Positions 26,347 to 39,625 of a DNA stretch of 64,000 bases are shown one piece after another (the first letter of the stretch is position 1; every line of letters starts with the position of its first letter). The DNA is from Octopus bimaculoides. Lineage: Eukaryota. Where the stretch lies: assembly GCF_001194135.2 (NCBI RefSeq), contig NC_068998.1:18444470-18508469 (forward strand), read 5' to 3'. A model generated the notes under the pieces. It was given only the letters and a program-made list of their open reading frames with translations, was not told the DNA's origin and made no database searches. The position numbers and the translations under genes were made by a program.

Positions 26347-26835
26347 ATGAGCTTCTTTCAGTTTTTATCTACCAAATCCACTCACATGGCTTTGGTCAGC
26401 CTGAGGCTTTAGAAGACATTTGCCCAAGGTGCCATGCAGTGGGACTGAACCTGAGACCAGGTGGTTGGGAAGTAAACTTCTTACCACACAGCCACATTTA
26501 CTCTTTTACTTGTTTCAGTCATTTGACTGTGGCCATGCTGGAGCACCACCTTTTAGATGAGCAAATCGACCCCAGGACTTATTCTTTGGAAGCCTAGTAC
26601 TTTTTCTATTAATCTCTTTTGCCGAACTGCTAAGTTACGGGGACATAAACACACCAGCATCGGTTGTCAAGCGATGCTGGGGGACAAACACAGGCACAAA
26701 CATATACACACACATATATATATACATATATACGACGGGCTTCTTTCAGTTTCCATCTACCAAATCCACTCACAAGGCTTTGGTTGGCCCGAGGCTATAG
26801 TAGAAGACACTTGCCCAAGGTGCCACACAGTGGGA
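25655..26835. mobile_element. Cluster of three family A SINEs (+ 25655-26052; - 26090-26497; - 26498-26835)
   Basis: Head and tail motifs read in each orientation. Confidence 0.8.
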
Positions 26836-27504
26836 ATACATTTGTATTTATTTATTTTTTACAAGTATTTATTTATTTATTTATTTATTGTTGCTACTGC
26901 TATTAATTTAGTTGTATATTCAGTTCCATATAACCTTAAATTGAGAAATTAAACTGAAGAAACAAGCTAGTTTTAGTTAATAAAATTGATTTACTGAGTA
27001 GAAAGACCTTTCAAAAACTTGATGTCTAAGGAAGAATTTCTTTAATCCTTTAGCATCCAGGTTATTCTGTTAAATATAATGCTTATTTATTCACATTATT
27101 TTAAATCATGTATTACCTTGTAGCTTCGAAATTTTGATGACTGACATGGTAGTTTATTTTTAGAATGATATGGTAGGGTAGGTGCTTCTGTTCAAAGTGA
27201 CCAGATCTGAACAAAAAGTACATAGAATATTTTGGCCAGATATGATCAGATTAAATGCTAAAAGGTTAAATAAAAGGGATTCTTGATAGTGAGGAAGATC
27301 TCGAGCAGTTGTTTTTCAACTGGGGGCCACATAAGATTTTATTGCTAAAATTTATGTGCAATAAATTGGTCATACTTCTACAATGCACAAAATATTTTGC
27401 AATGTTTTTTATACAATTCCTAATACGTAATTATAAAAATATATTAGAATTTTTTTAAACATTGAATGATTATAAGGGTCCAGTAGGGTGAAATTGGAAT
27501 AAAA

Positions 27505-27790
27505 GAAGTTCATCATCATCATCATCATCGTTTAACGTCTGCTTTCCATGCTAGCATGGGTTGGACGATTTGACTGAGAACTGGTGAACCAGATGGCTAC
27601 ACCAGGCTCCAATCTGATTTGGCAGAGTTTCTACAGCTGGATGCCCTTCCTAACGCCAACCACTCAGAGAGTGTAGTGGGTGCTTTTACGTGCCACTGGC
27701 ACGAGGGCCAGTCAGGCGGTACTGGCAACGGCCACGCTCGAAATGGTGTATTTTACGTGCCACCTGCACAGGGGCCAGTCCAGCGGTTTG
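27505..27790 (-). mobile_element. Family C RTE-tail repeat (also 32744-32950, 41240-41352, 52604-52834, 53033-53147 on +, 53464-53640, 59425-59620, 60575-60780 on +)
   Basis: catcatcatcgtttaacgtctgctttccatgctagcatgggttgg...ctggatgcccttcctaacgccaacc. Confidence 0.8.
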
Positions 27791-28204
27791 AGAATTACTG
27801 ATTTGAAGTCAGACGCCTAATATATGCTTCTCTAACTCATCTGAAGATACCTCTGGCACAATGAAGCAAAAGTTATAATTTAACAGTAATCACTTATATG
27901 ATACTTTCATAAATTTCTTAATTGCTTTAATTTTTTTCTTTCTTGTATCATAGTTGAATTATTGGTATTAAAATGCCTCTTTTGTAGTCACAGTAAGTGT
28001 AAATCCACTTACATGCCCTACCTTAATATGTAATAGATCAGATGCTTTACCTTTTGTCAAGAATTAGTTGTTAGAGTGTGTATGAGGGGTGGGTGGAGCC
28101 TATGTAGCAGCTCTCCTACCTCGTTAAACACCTCAGCTATTAATGTTCAATGTTTTAGATTCATCTAATTCATATCACGTTGGTCAGTTGTTTAGTTGGT
28201 ATGA

Positions 28205-28390
28205 AAGAAGAGGGCAGAGGAGGAGGGAGAAGAGAGGAGAGGAGAAGAGCAAGGGGAGAAGAGCAAGGGAGAAGAAGAAGAAGAAGAAGAAAGAGATAAA
28301 ACAACAAGAAAAATGAAGGAAAAGATAGAAGGAATGAAGGAAAGGAAGAGAAAAGGAAGAGAAAAGGAAAGAAAGAAAGAAAGAAAGAAA
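28205..28390. repeat. Polypurine (GAA/GGA/GAAA) low-complexity tract
   Basis: About 185 bp of almost only G and A on the + strand. Confidence 0.85.
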
Positions 28391-29294
28391 CCAGGGCTGT
28401 AAAAAGCAGAAGTTAATAAATGCTTCAATTAAGTGGCTAGTTTGTTCATCTGACAAGATGTGTTTCTGTTCACTATTTCACTGCCATTTGTATTACTGTT
28501 GGCCTGTTTCCACACCCATATTTTTCCCATCGCTCTCATCACTCTGCCTTTGACATCATTGAAACATTTGCATTGAGAAAATAAAGTTATGAGGCAGTTC
28601 CTATTGTTCTGCTTTATTACTTTGTCACATGGCCTTGTTTTTATGGAATCGGATTCCCGTTGTTGCATTTCCAGCACTTTCTGTTTGATCTATTCTGTTC
28701 AATCTTTAATGTTTCTATTAATTTCCATTGTCTTCCTGTTTAAACAGCACTTTGAACGTTGCAAGATGCCATTGTGTTCTCATATACTGAGGGAGAGAGA
28801 GAGAAAAAGAGTTGATGATATTCTGTATCAGTCAATATTTTCAATCACATTGTTTCTGTGGCAAGTACACTTTAGAGTCAAATCTGTGACCAATGTTATT
28901 ATGATTCTGAATTGTAGCAACTTTACTACACATGCAGTGTTAATGTCACCGAGAAAAGGTACAAAATAAATAAATGAGCATTACAACTTCAATTCTGTCC
29001 AGCGTTAAAATTATCATATTTTGCTACTACCACAACAAGGGAGCTTGTACATGAACATGCAAACTCCTAGAAATAGTGTCTTCTATCTTTTACTTGTTTC
29101 AGCCATTGGATTGCAGCCATGCTGGAGCAGTACCTTGAAGGAGGTTTTTTTTAAAGTCAAACAGATCAACCACAGCATGTATTCTTTTGGTCTCTTTTCT
29201 TGAGCTACTAAGTTATGGGGATGTAAACAAATCAACACTGGTTGCTAAGTGTTGGGGGAAGGCAGACATATATATATATATATCTATATATATC

Positions 29295-29331
<37 letters not shown>

Positions 29332-29394
29332 CTACACACACACACACACAATGGTCTTCCATACAGTTTCTTATTTCTTTACTGCCCACAAGGG

Positions 29395-30660
29395 GTTACA
29401 CACAGAGGGGACAAACTCTGGTCCTGGGGACAGTTCTTTTTAATGTAGCCTGGCTCCAGGCACTGGTGACACTTGGGGGGTAGGCGTTCCTCAAGAATCA
29501 CCGGGTACCTGCAACCAGCCATTTTCAAAAAATCCAGGAAAACCAGATTCTTGGCTGATTGGGTCCACAGGGTCAAAACCNNNNNNNNNNNNNNNNNNNN
29601 NNNNNNNNNNNNNNNNNNNNNNNNNNNNNNNNNNNNNNNNNNNNNNNNNNNNNNNNNNNNNNNNNNNNNNNNNNNNNNNNNNNNNNNNNNNNNNNNNNNN
29701 NNNNNNNNNNNNNNNNNNNNNNNNNNNNNNNNNNNNNNNNNNNNNNNNNNNNNNNNNNNNNNNNNNNNNNNNNNNNNNNNNNNNNNNNNNNNNNNNNNNN
29801 NNNNNNNNNNNNNNNNNNNNNNNNNNNNNNNNNNNNNNNNNNNNNNNNNNNNNNNNNNNNNNNNNNNNNNNNNNNNNNNNNNNNNNNNNNNNNNNNNNNN
29901 NNNNNNNNNNNNNNNNNNNNNNNNNNNNNNNNNNNNNNNNNNNNNNNNNNNNNNNNNNNNNNNNNNNNNNNNNNNNNNNNNNNNNNNNNNNNNNNNNNNN
30001 NNNNNNNNNNNNNNNNNNNNNNNNNNNNNNNNNNNNNNNNNNNNNNNNNNNNNNNNNNNNNNNNNNNNNNNNNNNNNNNNNNNNNNNNNNNNNNNNNNNN
30101 NNNNNNNNAATCAAAAAATAAAAACCAAAAAAACAGTCAGAAGGAAGACAAGAAAAAACACAAAGATAGAAAAGACAAGAAGAAATGATAAAACAAACAG
30201 TTCAGCATGACTACACTTCTCTAGGATTTGCTAGTTCAATTCACAGCTTCTTAAAAATTTTCAGTCAACCGGTACTCCTGGTCCTTGTATTTTCCAAACA
30301 GGTACTCCAATTGGGTCAGAAACATGGTAGCAGGAACAAAAATTATTTACCATTAAATGGTAAATACACCACGAAGAAAAAATTTTTTCCACGGCAGTAG
30401 AAAATTCAACAGTTTATGGCAGCAGAGTATCTGCCCACCAAACACAATTCACTTTAAAGTGAACAAATTTTGCCCAACTGCAGGCAGACCAGAGTACAGA
30501 ATCCAGTAAGGACTTCTTGCTTGTACAAAAAATATTACAGCAAACAACAAACCCCCACTGGACCCAAAATACAAAAGTCTAACCTTGCAGTTGAGCTTCA
30601 CTTAATTTGCCACGCTGCAAACCAGTGCCAAGAAAAACACTGACATGCGCAGTGGGAAGC
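29395..30660 (-). mobile_element. Probable LINE (Tx1/L1-like) 5' portion with ORF1 zinc knuckle, interrupted by a gap
   Basis: VILEERLPPKCHQCLEPGYIKKNCP is a CX2CX4(H>Y)X4C knuckle. The extent past the gap is inferred. Confidence 0.45.
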
Positions 30661-32950
30661 AAGCTTCTTACCAAACAGCCATGGCTGCACCTATTTATAT
30701 GCCAAACACCTTGAAAGTTTTTATCAAATGCTTCCCAAATCTATCTCCCAACCTGTGTATATGCTTGTGTATCTGTATACACACATACACACAGATATGG
30801 GAATCTGTATCGAGCATTCAACCTCTTTAAATCTCAATCAATTATCATAATTTATCCTTAAAGACAGGGTTCCTCTCTTTACTTTTACCTTTAGCTTCTA
30901 TTAATACTTGGAGAAGTTGATATGAATTTCTTTGGAAGAAAAAAAGCCTAACCTCAGTGCTCATATATTAACACAGTTTTTATCATAACCAAAGAGCAGT
31001 CAAATAGATTTGTCTTTGTCACTAATTTTCTCAACAATTCAGTAATTTGACTCAACAAATACACACATTTTGGGTTATATCCAAAAGAAACCTGACCACC
31101 TGATAAGCTTAGCATTTGCAGTGTCTACCTTCTGAGCTTACTAACACTATGGTGCTTTCACCTAAACTTATTGTTTTATCAATCATCATTCGTCTTCTTG
31201 CTCATTACTCTTGCAGCATCTCACTTTTCTTAATCCTTCATACCTAAAACTTCAAATCTTTAGCAGTGTATCTCTGGCGATCTTCCATTCAGCCACTGAT
31301 GTTCAAAGTTCAAATCTAATATCATCCATATTCATATTACCCAACTTAATCTTCTCTTTCCCACCACCCACTTTTAGGAACACAAGGAAAAGCTATAATC
31401 ACAGTTTCTTCTTCTATGACAAAATCATAATATTAAAAAAAAAAAAAAAATCCAATAGAAGATTATTAAAAATAAATATTTCCTTTTACCTCAACCTATA
31501 ATATACTGTTATGAAGAGATTTCTTACCTAAACCAATTCCTTACAATTCAGGACAAAAGATAATTTGTGTGTCAATGTATAAAATGCACACGCATACACA
31601 TACACGTACACTCGCACACACACATACTTACATACACACTAATAACTGTTACAGTCTCCTAGATGCAACAGCCATTTAAAATACCATAACAGCAGGCCAC
31701 TTCCTTTATGATTGATCTCTAAAAAAACACTACATATAAAACAGATGCTTATAAAAAAATATGCTTATAAAAATGTATTTAAAAAAAAGCAATAAAATAT
31801 AATGTTTTGGTACAATTTCATGCAACAGAGCTTTTCAAGTTACTGATATCTAACAGAAATAGGAGATAAATCAGAGAGTGCGGGTGGAGGAAGAGCAAGC
31901 AGACAGATAGAAACAGACAAAATAAAACATAACATACAAAAAGAAAGCTGCTAAGTTGAATGGTCTTTGATGTGATATCTTCCACCATAAAATATTGGTA
32001 TTGATTCAATAAGGTTTGTTATTATCTCCTTGGTTATTTCTAAAGTAATTATAGTATCAACCTGCAATCTAATCTTCCTGGATATTCATATAAAAAATAA
32101 TGTACAACAAAAGTATAAATTTTATTGATTTTCCAATGGTTCCTCACAGAACACAGAGAACCCATGATGTGGCTTCTCTAAAAATCTTACATAAACTCTG
32201 GAAGCAGATACTTACTGAGAGGTATAGAATAAGAGCAATTACCTTTTGATTGATATTTAAAGGCAATTCTCAATATAGGTGAACGCTAACAACATACTTT
32301 GTTCTTTATGAAATAGCAGTATGACAATTTTTTTTAAATAGCTTCCTTCTTTTTCTTGTTATATACTCATTTTTCTCATACAAACTTTGCTGGATAGATC
32401 TTCAAATTCAGATATTTTCATATTGATGCACATAGATATTTGACAGTCAAATATAAAATCCATCCAACAACTCTATCATGGAGGGAAAGTGGCATCCATT
32501 TCTACTTACACTGATACGAGTAGAATAATATATATATCTCCTCTTTCATTTTTTAATAACTCTGAAGACTGGAAACTTTGTATTTGCAAGGAGTAACTTA
32601 ATTATTTACATTCTTGGTAATAANNNNNNNNNNNNNNNNNNNNNNNNNNNNNNNNNNNNNNNNNNNNNNNNNNNNNNNNNNNNNNNNNNNNNNNNNNNNN
32701 NNNNNNNNNNNNNNNNNNNNNNNNNNNNNNNNNNNNNNNNNNNGGACTGGTGAAACCGGATGGCAACACCAGGCTCCAATCTAATTTGGCAGAGTTTCTA
32801 CAGCTGGATGCCCTTCCTAACGCCAACCACTCAGAGTGTAGTGGGTGCTTTTACGTGTCACCCGCACGAAGGCCAGTCAGGCGGTACTGGCAACAGCCAC
32901 ACTCGAAAATAGTGTCTTTTATGTGCCACCCGCACAAGAGCCAGTCCACC

Positions 32951-34228
32951 CTTGAATATAATACGCAGGGGATTTTTAGGGGGCTGTACCTCTGAAAAAC
33001 CTAAACCTTGTGTATAATACGCACCCCTTCTCTAACTTGAGTCAAGGCGGTCTATATAATGTCTATATAACATCCTTGGTTTGTAAACATATATATGGTA
33101 ATGTCCTTTATTATTATTGTATATATACCGTAATGCAAACGTGTAGCTTTTTTGTGCACTTTGTTTGCAGAAAACAAAGAAATAACAGTAATAATGTCAG
33201 GTCGGGAGCACGAATCCTTCCACCTTTAGTGAACAACTTATCTCCAGTCGACATCCATTCAGTCCATAAATCACGCAATTTGTTTTTAATCGGTTTGTTA
33301 ATAGAGACATCTTATGGTTGCAATATGGAGGTCATGCCTGTAGCCTCAAATGTACTGTATTAATGGCTATTCCACTAAGTCTTCTTTCCTCTACCCATTC
33401 AAGAAAAATTTCTTCAAGCTCAGGATGTCTGGCTTTTTTCCCCCTTCTTGCCTTCGTTATCTTTGGCATCTGTTTAATTTCATCTTTATTTCTTCTCCAT
33501 AACCTGACATTGCTTTTGTCAACATCAAATTTTCTTCCAGCAGCTCTATTACCATGCTCTTTAGCATATGATATAACTTCAAGTTAAAACATAGCTGAAT
33601 AAAATCTACAAGGCATTTTATGGGCATGTAATGTATAAAATGTTTTATAGGAGATTAATGTACATGTTTAAGTCCCACGTATAAAAAAACCCTAGTAAAG
33701 ACCCACAGTAGTTCAACATTTAATACCGGTATTAATTAAGTATCTATTGTTTGCCACGGTAACGATGCAAACTGCCAATACAAACAGCAGGATGAACTAT
33801 TTAGCACTAAACTATTAAGCACAATTCGTACATAATTAAGCCAGCAGCATCTAGTCGAACGAACACTTCCACGCATGCGTAATACAATAATGGTGATGTT
33901 CTTAACTGTTATATGGGAATGTAAGTATATTTGCAAATTGTTTTTGTTACATGTTATTCTGTGTTCTGAAAACTTTTATTTTGATAAATGTTGCTTACTG
34001 CAAGTTATGGATGATTCTTTTATGACTTCATTGCTTTCAGGCTTAGCTTAAGGTATTTTCGCGCCCGACATCACAAAATGCGTCTGAATAAACATTGCTG
34101 GACAGCAAATAGAGACTCAGACATCGCTTAGAAAATATTTTTCATTTTTAACCCCATATATAGTATGCACTAGGGATTTTGACCTTTAAATTTTGGGGGG
34201 AAAATGCTGATTATACTCGGATTTACGG
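32951..34228 (-). mobile_element. Internally deleted pogo/Tigger-like DNA transposon
   Basis: Right end reads TA-CCGTAAATCCGAGTATAA on the minus strand. HTH region LEVISYAKEHGNRAAGRKFDV...HPELEEIFLEWVEERR (about 33590-33360) is joined to the DDE C-terminus GMTSILQP*DVSINKPIK..W.EWM..G.K.FTKGGRIRAP. Confidence 0.85.
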
Positions 34229-35587
34229 TATCTTACTGAAGAAAACAAGATTTGATTCAGTATTTTTCTCAAACCTGTGAACAAAGAGTACATCCTCTTC
34301 AAGACTAAACATATTTATACCAATAAATAAAGTCTATAAACAAGCTTCTTGTTGGGATACAGTTAAACATAGTCATTATTAAGCAATGAATTTATGTAAC
34401 AACTTGAACATAAGGACCATAAACAGTGCAGTGTCACAGTGATAAAGTACTACAATAAGAAACTAAGTGTTTAATGTTGACATCATACAGTAAGAATTTA
34501 AGAGAGCCATGTTGACATCTCATCTACAAATGTTTACACAGAACATCAGTAAATATTTACTTTGCTTGTCATGAAGAAGAAAGCTGCAACTGAGAAAACT
34601 TCCAACTCAATTAGATTCCAGGATTTAGCTGTAAGATGGGCAATTATTTCATTCTCATAAGGCAGAACCTTATAAACAACTCTTGTACAACAACCATCAC
34701 CTCTCCTTCAAATAATTCCATATGGTCTTAAGACAATATCTTGCAACTTTTCCAAGTTGAACCTAACAAATCTCATTTCACTAGAAATTTACTACATAAA
34801 TATAATCTATAATTCTAATAGTTTTATGGATGAATGAATGCCTGATATGGTTTGTTATAAGTTATTGTAACATCTAGAAAATAAATGCTTCAGATTTAAA
34901 TAAAGCAATGGTTAAAACAATAATATTAGCTCAAATAATTATAGATAATATGATATGAAAATAATACTCTTGTTAGTAGATTGCAAAATCTTACATTTAA
35001 CTACTTATGGTAGCAATAAAACTACAACTAAATAATGAGATTGTTATTATCTTACAGTCTAATGGTGGAAATATCTGTTAATAAACCTTACTTGTTAGTT
35101 TGAAGAATTGAGAACAATATCATTCAGCCATTTTGTTTTGTTTATTCCAAAAGTATTTATAAACAAAAATTTTAAAAAAAACAACATAATTGAATTTGTT
35201 TTTTAAAACTGAAAAATGTGGAAACGAAAAATCCTATTAGTTGATGGCTAATGTGTGGGAGTGGCCACGATATAAATAAAGAAAAAGTGCAACAAAATAA
35301 GCTGGCAATTATGTGTCCATTGTGGCTACATAATCTATGTAAAAACACAGTAGAGTGGTAAATAACAACTTCAGAGACACAAACAAAATATGAAAGGAGA
35401 TGCAAAACAAAATGTATTTTTATGTAATGATTTACATTGTTCCTTTTGTATACTCTTCAAATAAGAGCCCAAACAGAATTTTATCAATATAGATTTTAAT
35501 TGAATTAAAGGTTATGCTCAAATATTAGTAGAAACAAGAGCCCATGAGAAGTAACAAAAGATGGAATGAAAATGTAGCCAGACTGAC

Positions 35588-35691
35588 CTTAATGATTTTA
35601 GCTAAAGTATCAGCTCCTTTCCAACTGAGGTTACAGCCAACCAGGTTAATGGCATTTAACGACATGTTGTTTTTTATGGCTCGTCCAACAG
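35588..35691 (-). CDS. CEP78: CEP78 LRR-region exon (VGRAIKNNMSLNAINLVGCNLSWKGADTLAKIIK), presumably coding exon 5
   Basis: Acceptor ttttctttccatgttacag, donor AAG|gtcagt. 104 nt, phase 1 in / phase 0 out. Matches CEP78 [30 protein letters not shown]. Confidence 0.9.
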
Positions 35692-36872
35692 CTGTAACAT
35701 GGAAAGAAAACAAAACATAATCAACATGAGTAAAGATAATCAAAGCACCATTCAAAATAGAAATAAGTCATGCTTTATATCAATATATAAACACTAACAT
35801 TTCTGTTTGATTTCATTCATTAAGTTCAAAAGCTCATCTTTTTACAGTTTGATAAATATTATCTTTATACTCCTCAGCCAAGAAGGAAGGGTAGTGGCCA
35901 TGAGACATTTTTTTTTTTCGGGTTCTCCAAAAATAGTAGTAGGAAGGGAGCAAGTTATCAGCAAACCAGGGACATGTCCTCTATGCTAGCAACAGAGTGA
36001 GCTCTGCTAAAGGTATTCGAAGACCAAGGTAAAATATTGGTTTCAAATTTTGGTATGAGGCCAGCAAGTTTAGGGGTGAGGGTAAGTCAAATTACATCAA
36101 TGCCATTGCTCAACTGATACTTATTTTATCGACTCCTAAAGGATGAAAGACAAAGTCAACCTTGGCGGAATTTGAACTCAGAATGTAAAGACAGATGAAA
36201 TGCCACTTTTCATTTTGTCTGATGTGCTAATGTTTCTGCCAGCTCACTGTCTTAACACCAGGTAAGATATTAAATCTGCCATCCAACAGCTCAAAGCACA
36301 AGGAGTCAGGACAGATACAACAAGCTAACTAATCCAATCTCCAGCAATTCTGCTAATCCACCACCTTAGCCTGATATCTTATTTTATCCGTCTTGAAAAG
36401 ATGAAAAGCAAAACTGCCCTTGGCAGGATTTCAACTCAAAGCACTGAAAGCTAAAACAAACACTGCTGGGCATTTTGTCGTACACTCCAAAGATTCTACC
36501 AATGCACCAAGTTATATACTTTATATTCAAAGAATATTGGAATGTCATTTGTTTTAACAATGGCACAGATTTATGTGTATATATGTGTTAGTATATATAA
36601 CTGTTAATGTATGAATATTTATTAATATGATAGTGTGTGTGGAAGTCATCAAAATGGACATGTGTAAATCAGTAACAGATTTTAAAGAAATTTTAGTTGC
36701 ATCCACCAATAAATTTTAGTTGCATCCACAAATAAAAGAAAAAAGTTAACATCTTCCACTTACAATGTCTTTTTCATACTTTGGTTAAAAAAAAAAAAGG
36801 TCTATTGAGAATTTACAGGCATTACTACAAGAAATATAACTCTAGCGGTTCTAGTGACCTAATCTTCGTACT

Positions 36873-37073
36873 GCAGAATCATTAGCATGCCAGGCAAAGT
36901 TCTTAGTGGTATTTCTTTCAGCTTTACATTCTGAGTTAAAATTTTGTCAAGGCTAACTTTACCTTTCATCCTTTCAGGATTGATAGAATAAGTACCAGTT
37001 GAAGCACAAGGTTTGATGTAATACTTTCAGGCCTTGTCTTTATAACAGAAATAATTATTATTAATCATCATCA

Positions 37074-37105
<32 letters not shown>

Positions 37106-37570
37106 GTCATTATTATTATTATTAAGGCAGCGAGTTGGCAGAAATGTTAGCATGCCAGACAAATGCTGAGCAGCATTTCATTTGTCTTTACATTCTGAGT
37201 TCAAATTCTGTCGAGGTTGACCTTGCCTTTCATCCTTTTGGGGTCAATTATGTCTTGCAAACAACTCGCACATGCAAGTGCTACCAGTCGAGAACTCCGC
37301 ATACCGGAAGCCAGCAAGTGTATGGGGTCATCAGGAGAGAATGCGCGCTGTTTCGGGGCCTACATCTCGACGGCATCAATGCGCACCGGCCCCACTTGCT
37401 AGATCAACTGGTTATCAAAAACCAAGCTCAATATTTCTCTAGCCATCGCTCATCGTCTCTTTTTAACCAAAGCGATGGCTAGAATAAATACCAGTCAAGT
37501 ACAGGGTCGATGTAATCATCTAGCCCTTCAGCCAAAATTTCAAGTCCTTCCTGTTCCAATAGTAGAAAGG
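36873..37570 (+). mobile_element. Two tandem family B SINEs; the second carries a CpG-rich insert (another copy on - at 36045-36255)
   Basis: Family B head and tail motifs separated by (ATT)n. Confidence 0.7.
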
Positions 37571-37581
37571 ATTATTATCAT

Positions 37582-37622
<41 letters not shown>

Positions 37623-38480
37623 TTAAGGATAATTTTGATATCTAAAATAAAGAAGAGTATTTATTTCCCCCAAGAAATATGACACATTTCAAATTAGTAT
37701 CGTAATTAGGTTTCATATCTTCCTGCTAGTGAACTAAACATACAAAAGCAAAGAGTCAGATTAAGAATTTTCAAAATGAAAGTTACTGTTTCCAATGAAA
37801 CATCTGAGAGTTGACACATTTGACTGGTTTCATATACAAAAGCTTTTAATATCAATAATATATATTATTTACCTAATGGCAGCGGTAGAAGATATATTTG
37901 TGATGATCAGCCGAGTGAGAAGTTTCAATTTCAAAACAGTTTTGTGGAGTAGTTATGATAAGTTTTTTATTCAAACAAATCAAAAGCAATAAAGCAAACA
38001 TTTGAGAGAAAACCACAGAAGACCACATGCTGAATGTAGCCTATCTTTTTTCCCCTTACTAATAACAACTTACTGGAACTTATATTGATAACAGAAGCAT
38101 CAAGTCAATCTCTGAAACCACAAGCCATCAAACAACTTGTCAATAATTCAACGTAGTAATACCCAAAAACTATTCTACCTTTTGATGTCAATTTATCACA
38201 ATCATATGAAAAAAAATTCAGACAGTTTTTCCCATTGATGCAGGAAGATTTTGTCAAAATAAGCTGATGTTTTGTTTTTGTTTTTAATTTTCAGAAACAT
38301 TATTAAAAGAAAATGTAGAGAATAACAAATGCTTTTGTTAACTTTGTTATGGTTTTAAGTTTGCTACAGAAATACAAACTTTTCTAAAATACACTTGAAT
38401 TTGTTATAAAATATTAAATAACAAGAAACATTGATACATTTTTTTTTCCACATTTTATTCAGTTTACTATTTCTGACTAA

Positions 38481-38815
38481 AAAGGGTAACGATTCCCTTT
38501 GGTCATGAATGACCATGGGATTGCACCTAGAAAGTTACCCTCTAAGGTACAAGTCTGGGCAAGGTTGTTTATGGAAGACCAGCATACCAGCCTCCTCTCT
38601 CCATGCCACCGCTGTTATCCAAGGGAAAGACAAAGGCTGATATAGCTTGGCACCAGTGATGTCACAGCTCATTTCTGCAGATGAGTGAACTGGAGCAACA
38701 TGAAATAAATAAAGTGTCTTGCTCAAGAGCACAAAACACAGCCCGGTCCAGGAATCAAACTCACTACCTCATAATTGTGAGCCCAATGCTCTAACCACTG
38801 AGCCATGCACCTTCT
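38481..38815 (-). mobile_element. SINE family D copy with probable 9-bp TSD (partial copy at 54074-54200)
   Basis: Homologous to 3926-4265. ttctgacta at 38471-38479 and 38812-38820. Confidence 0.8.
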
Positions 38816-39237
38816 GACTACACATATTTAAAAGTATTCCTTATGTCCTTAACAGTTTAACTGTTTAGTATCTAAACCAGCCATATCAGGCCCAAATATT
38901 CTACCTGTTTAATATTCAAACTGGTGAAACCCAGTCTCTCACACCTACTCTACAATGCCACTCTAAACATAAACAGACATACCATCTAAATCTCAAAGCT
39001 ACACGATAATGCAAGATTAATTCAAAATTATGTGAATAATAAGCATTGCATTTGACAGAATAATCTGGATGCTTAAAGGGTTAACAACAATTACAGCAAA
39101 ATATTGCTACTTAAAGTTATATATGGCAGCCAATGTGTAAGAACATTAAATGGTACTCTACACAGAGAAAATCCTGCAAATTCTGTTGTGAATTATCATT
39201 TTCATCTCATCATCTGGTTGAACTTGCTTACTCTTTA

Positions 39238-39625
39238 TTTACTCTTTTACTTGTTTCAGTCATTTGACTGCAGCCATGCTGGAGCACCGCCTTTAGTCGA
39301 GCAAATCGACCCCAGGACTTATTCTTTGGAAGCCTAGTACTTATTCTATCGGTCTCTTTTGCCGAACTGCTAAGTTACGGGGACGTAAACACACCAGCAT
39401 CGGTTGTCAAGCGATGGTGGGGGGACAAACACAAACACGCAAACACACATACATATATATATATATATACATATATACGACGGGCTTCTTTCAGTTTTCG
39501 TCTACCAAATCCACTCACAAGGCTTTGGTCGGCCCGAGGCTATAGTAGAAGACACTTGCCCAAGGTGCCACGCAGTGAGAATGAACCCAGAACCATGTGG
39601 TTGGTAAGCAAGCTACTTACCACAC
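39238..39625 (-). mobile_element. SINE family A, well-preserved copy
   Basis: Near-identical to 5108-5525 and retains CpGs. Confidence 0.85.

Noticed and set aside
28429-28969. Overlapping 82-aa and 126-aa ORFs in unique-looking sequence
   Set aside because: No recognisable domain or consistent splice signals; lengths are compatible with chance.
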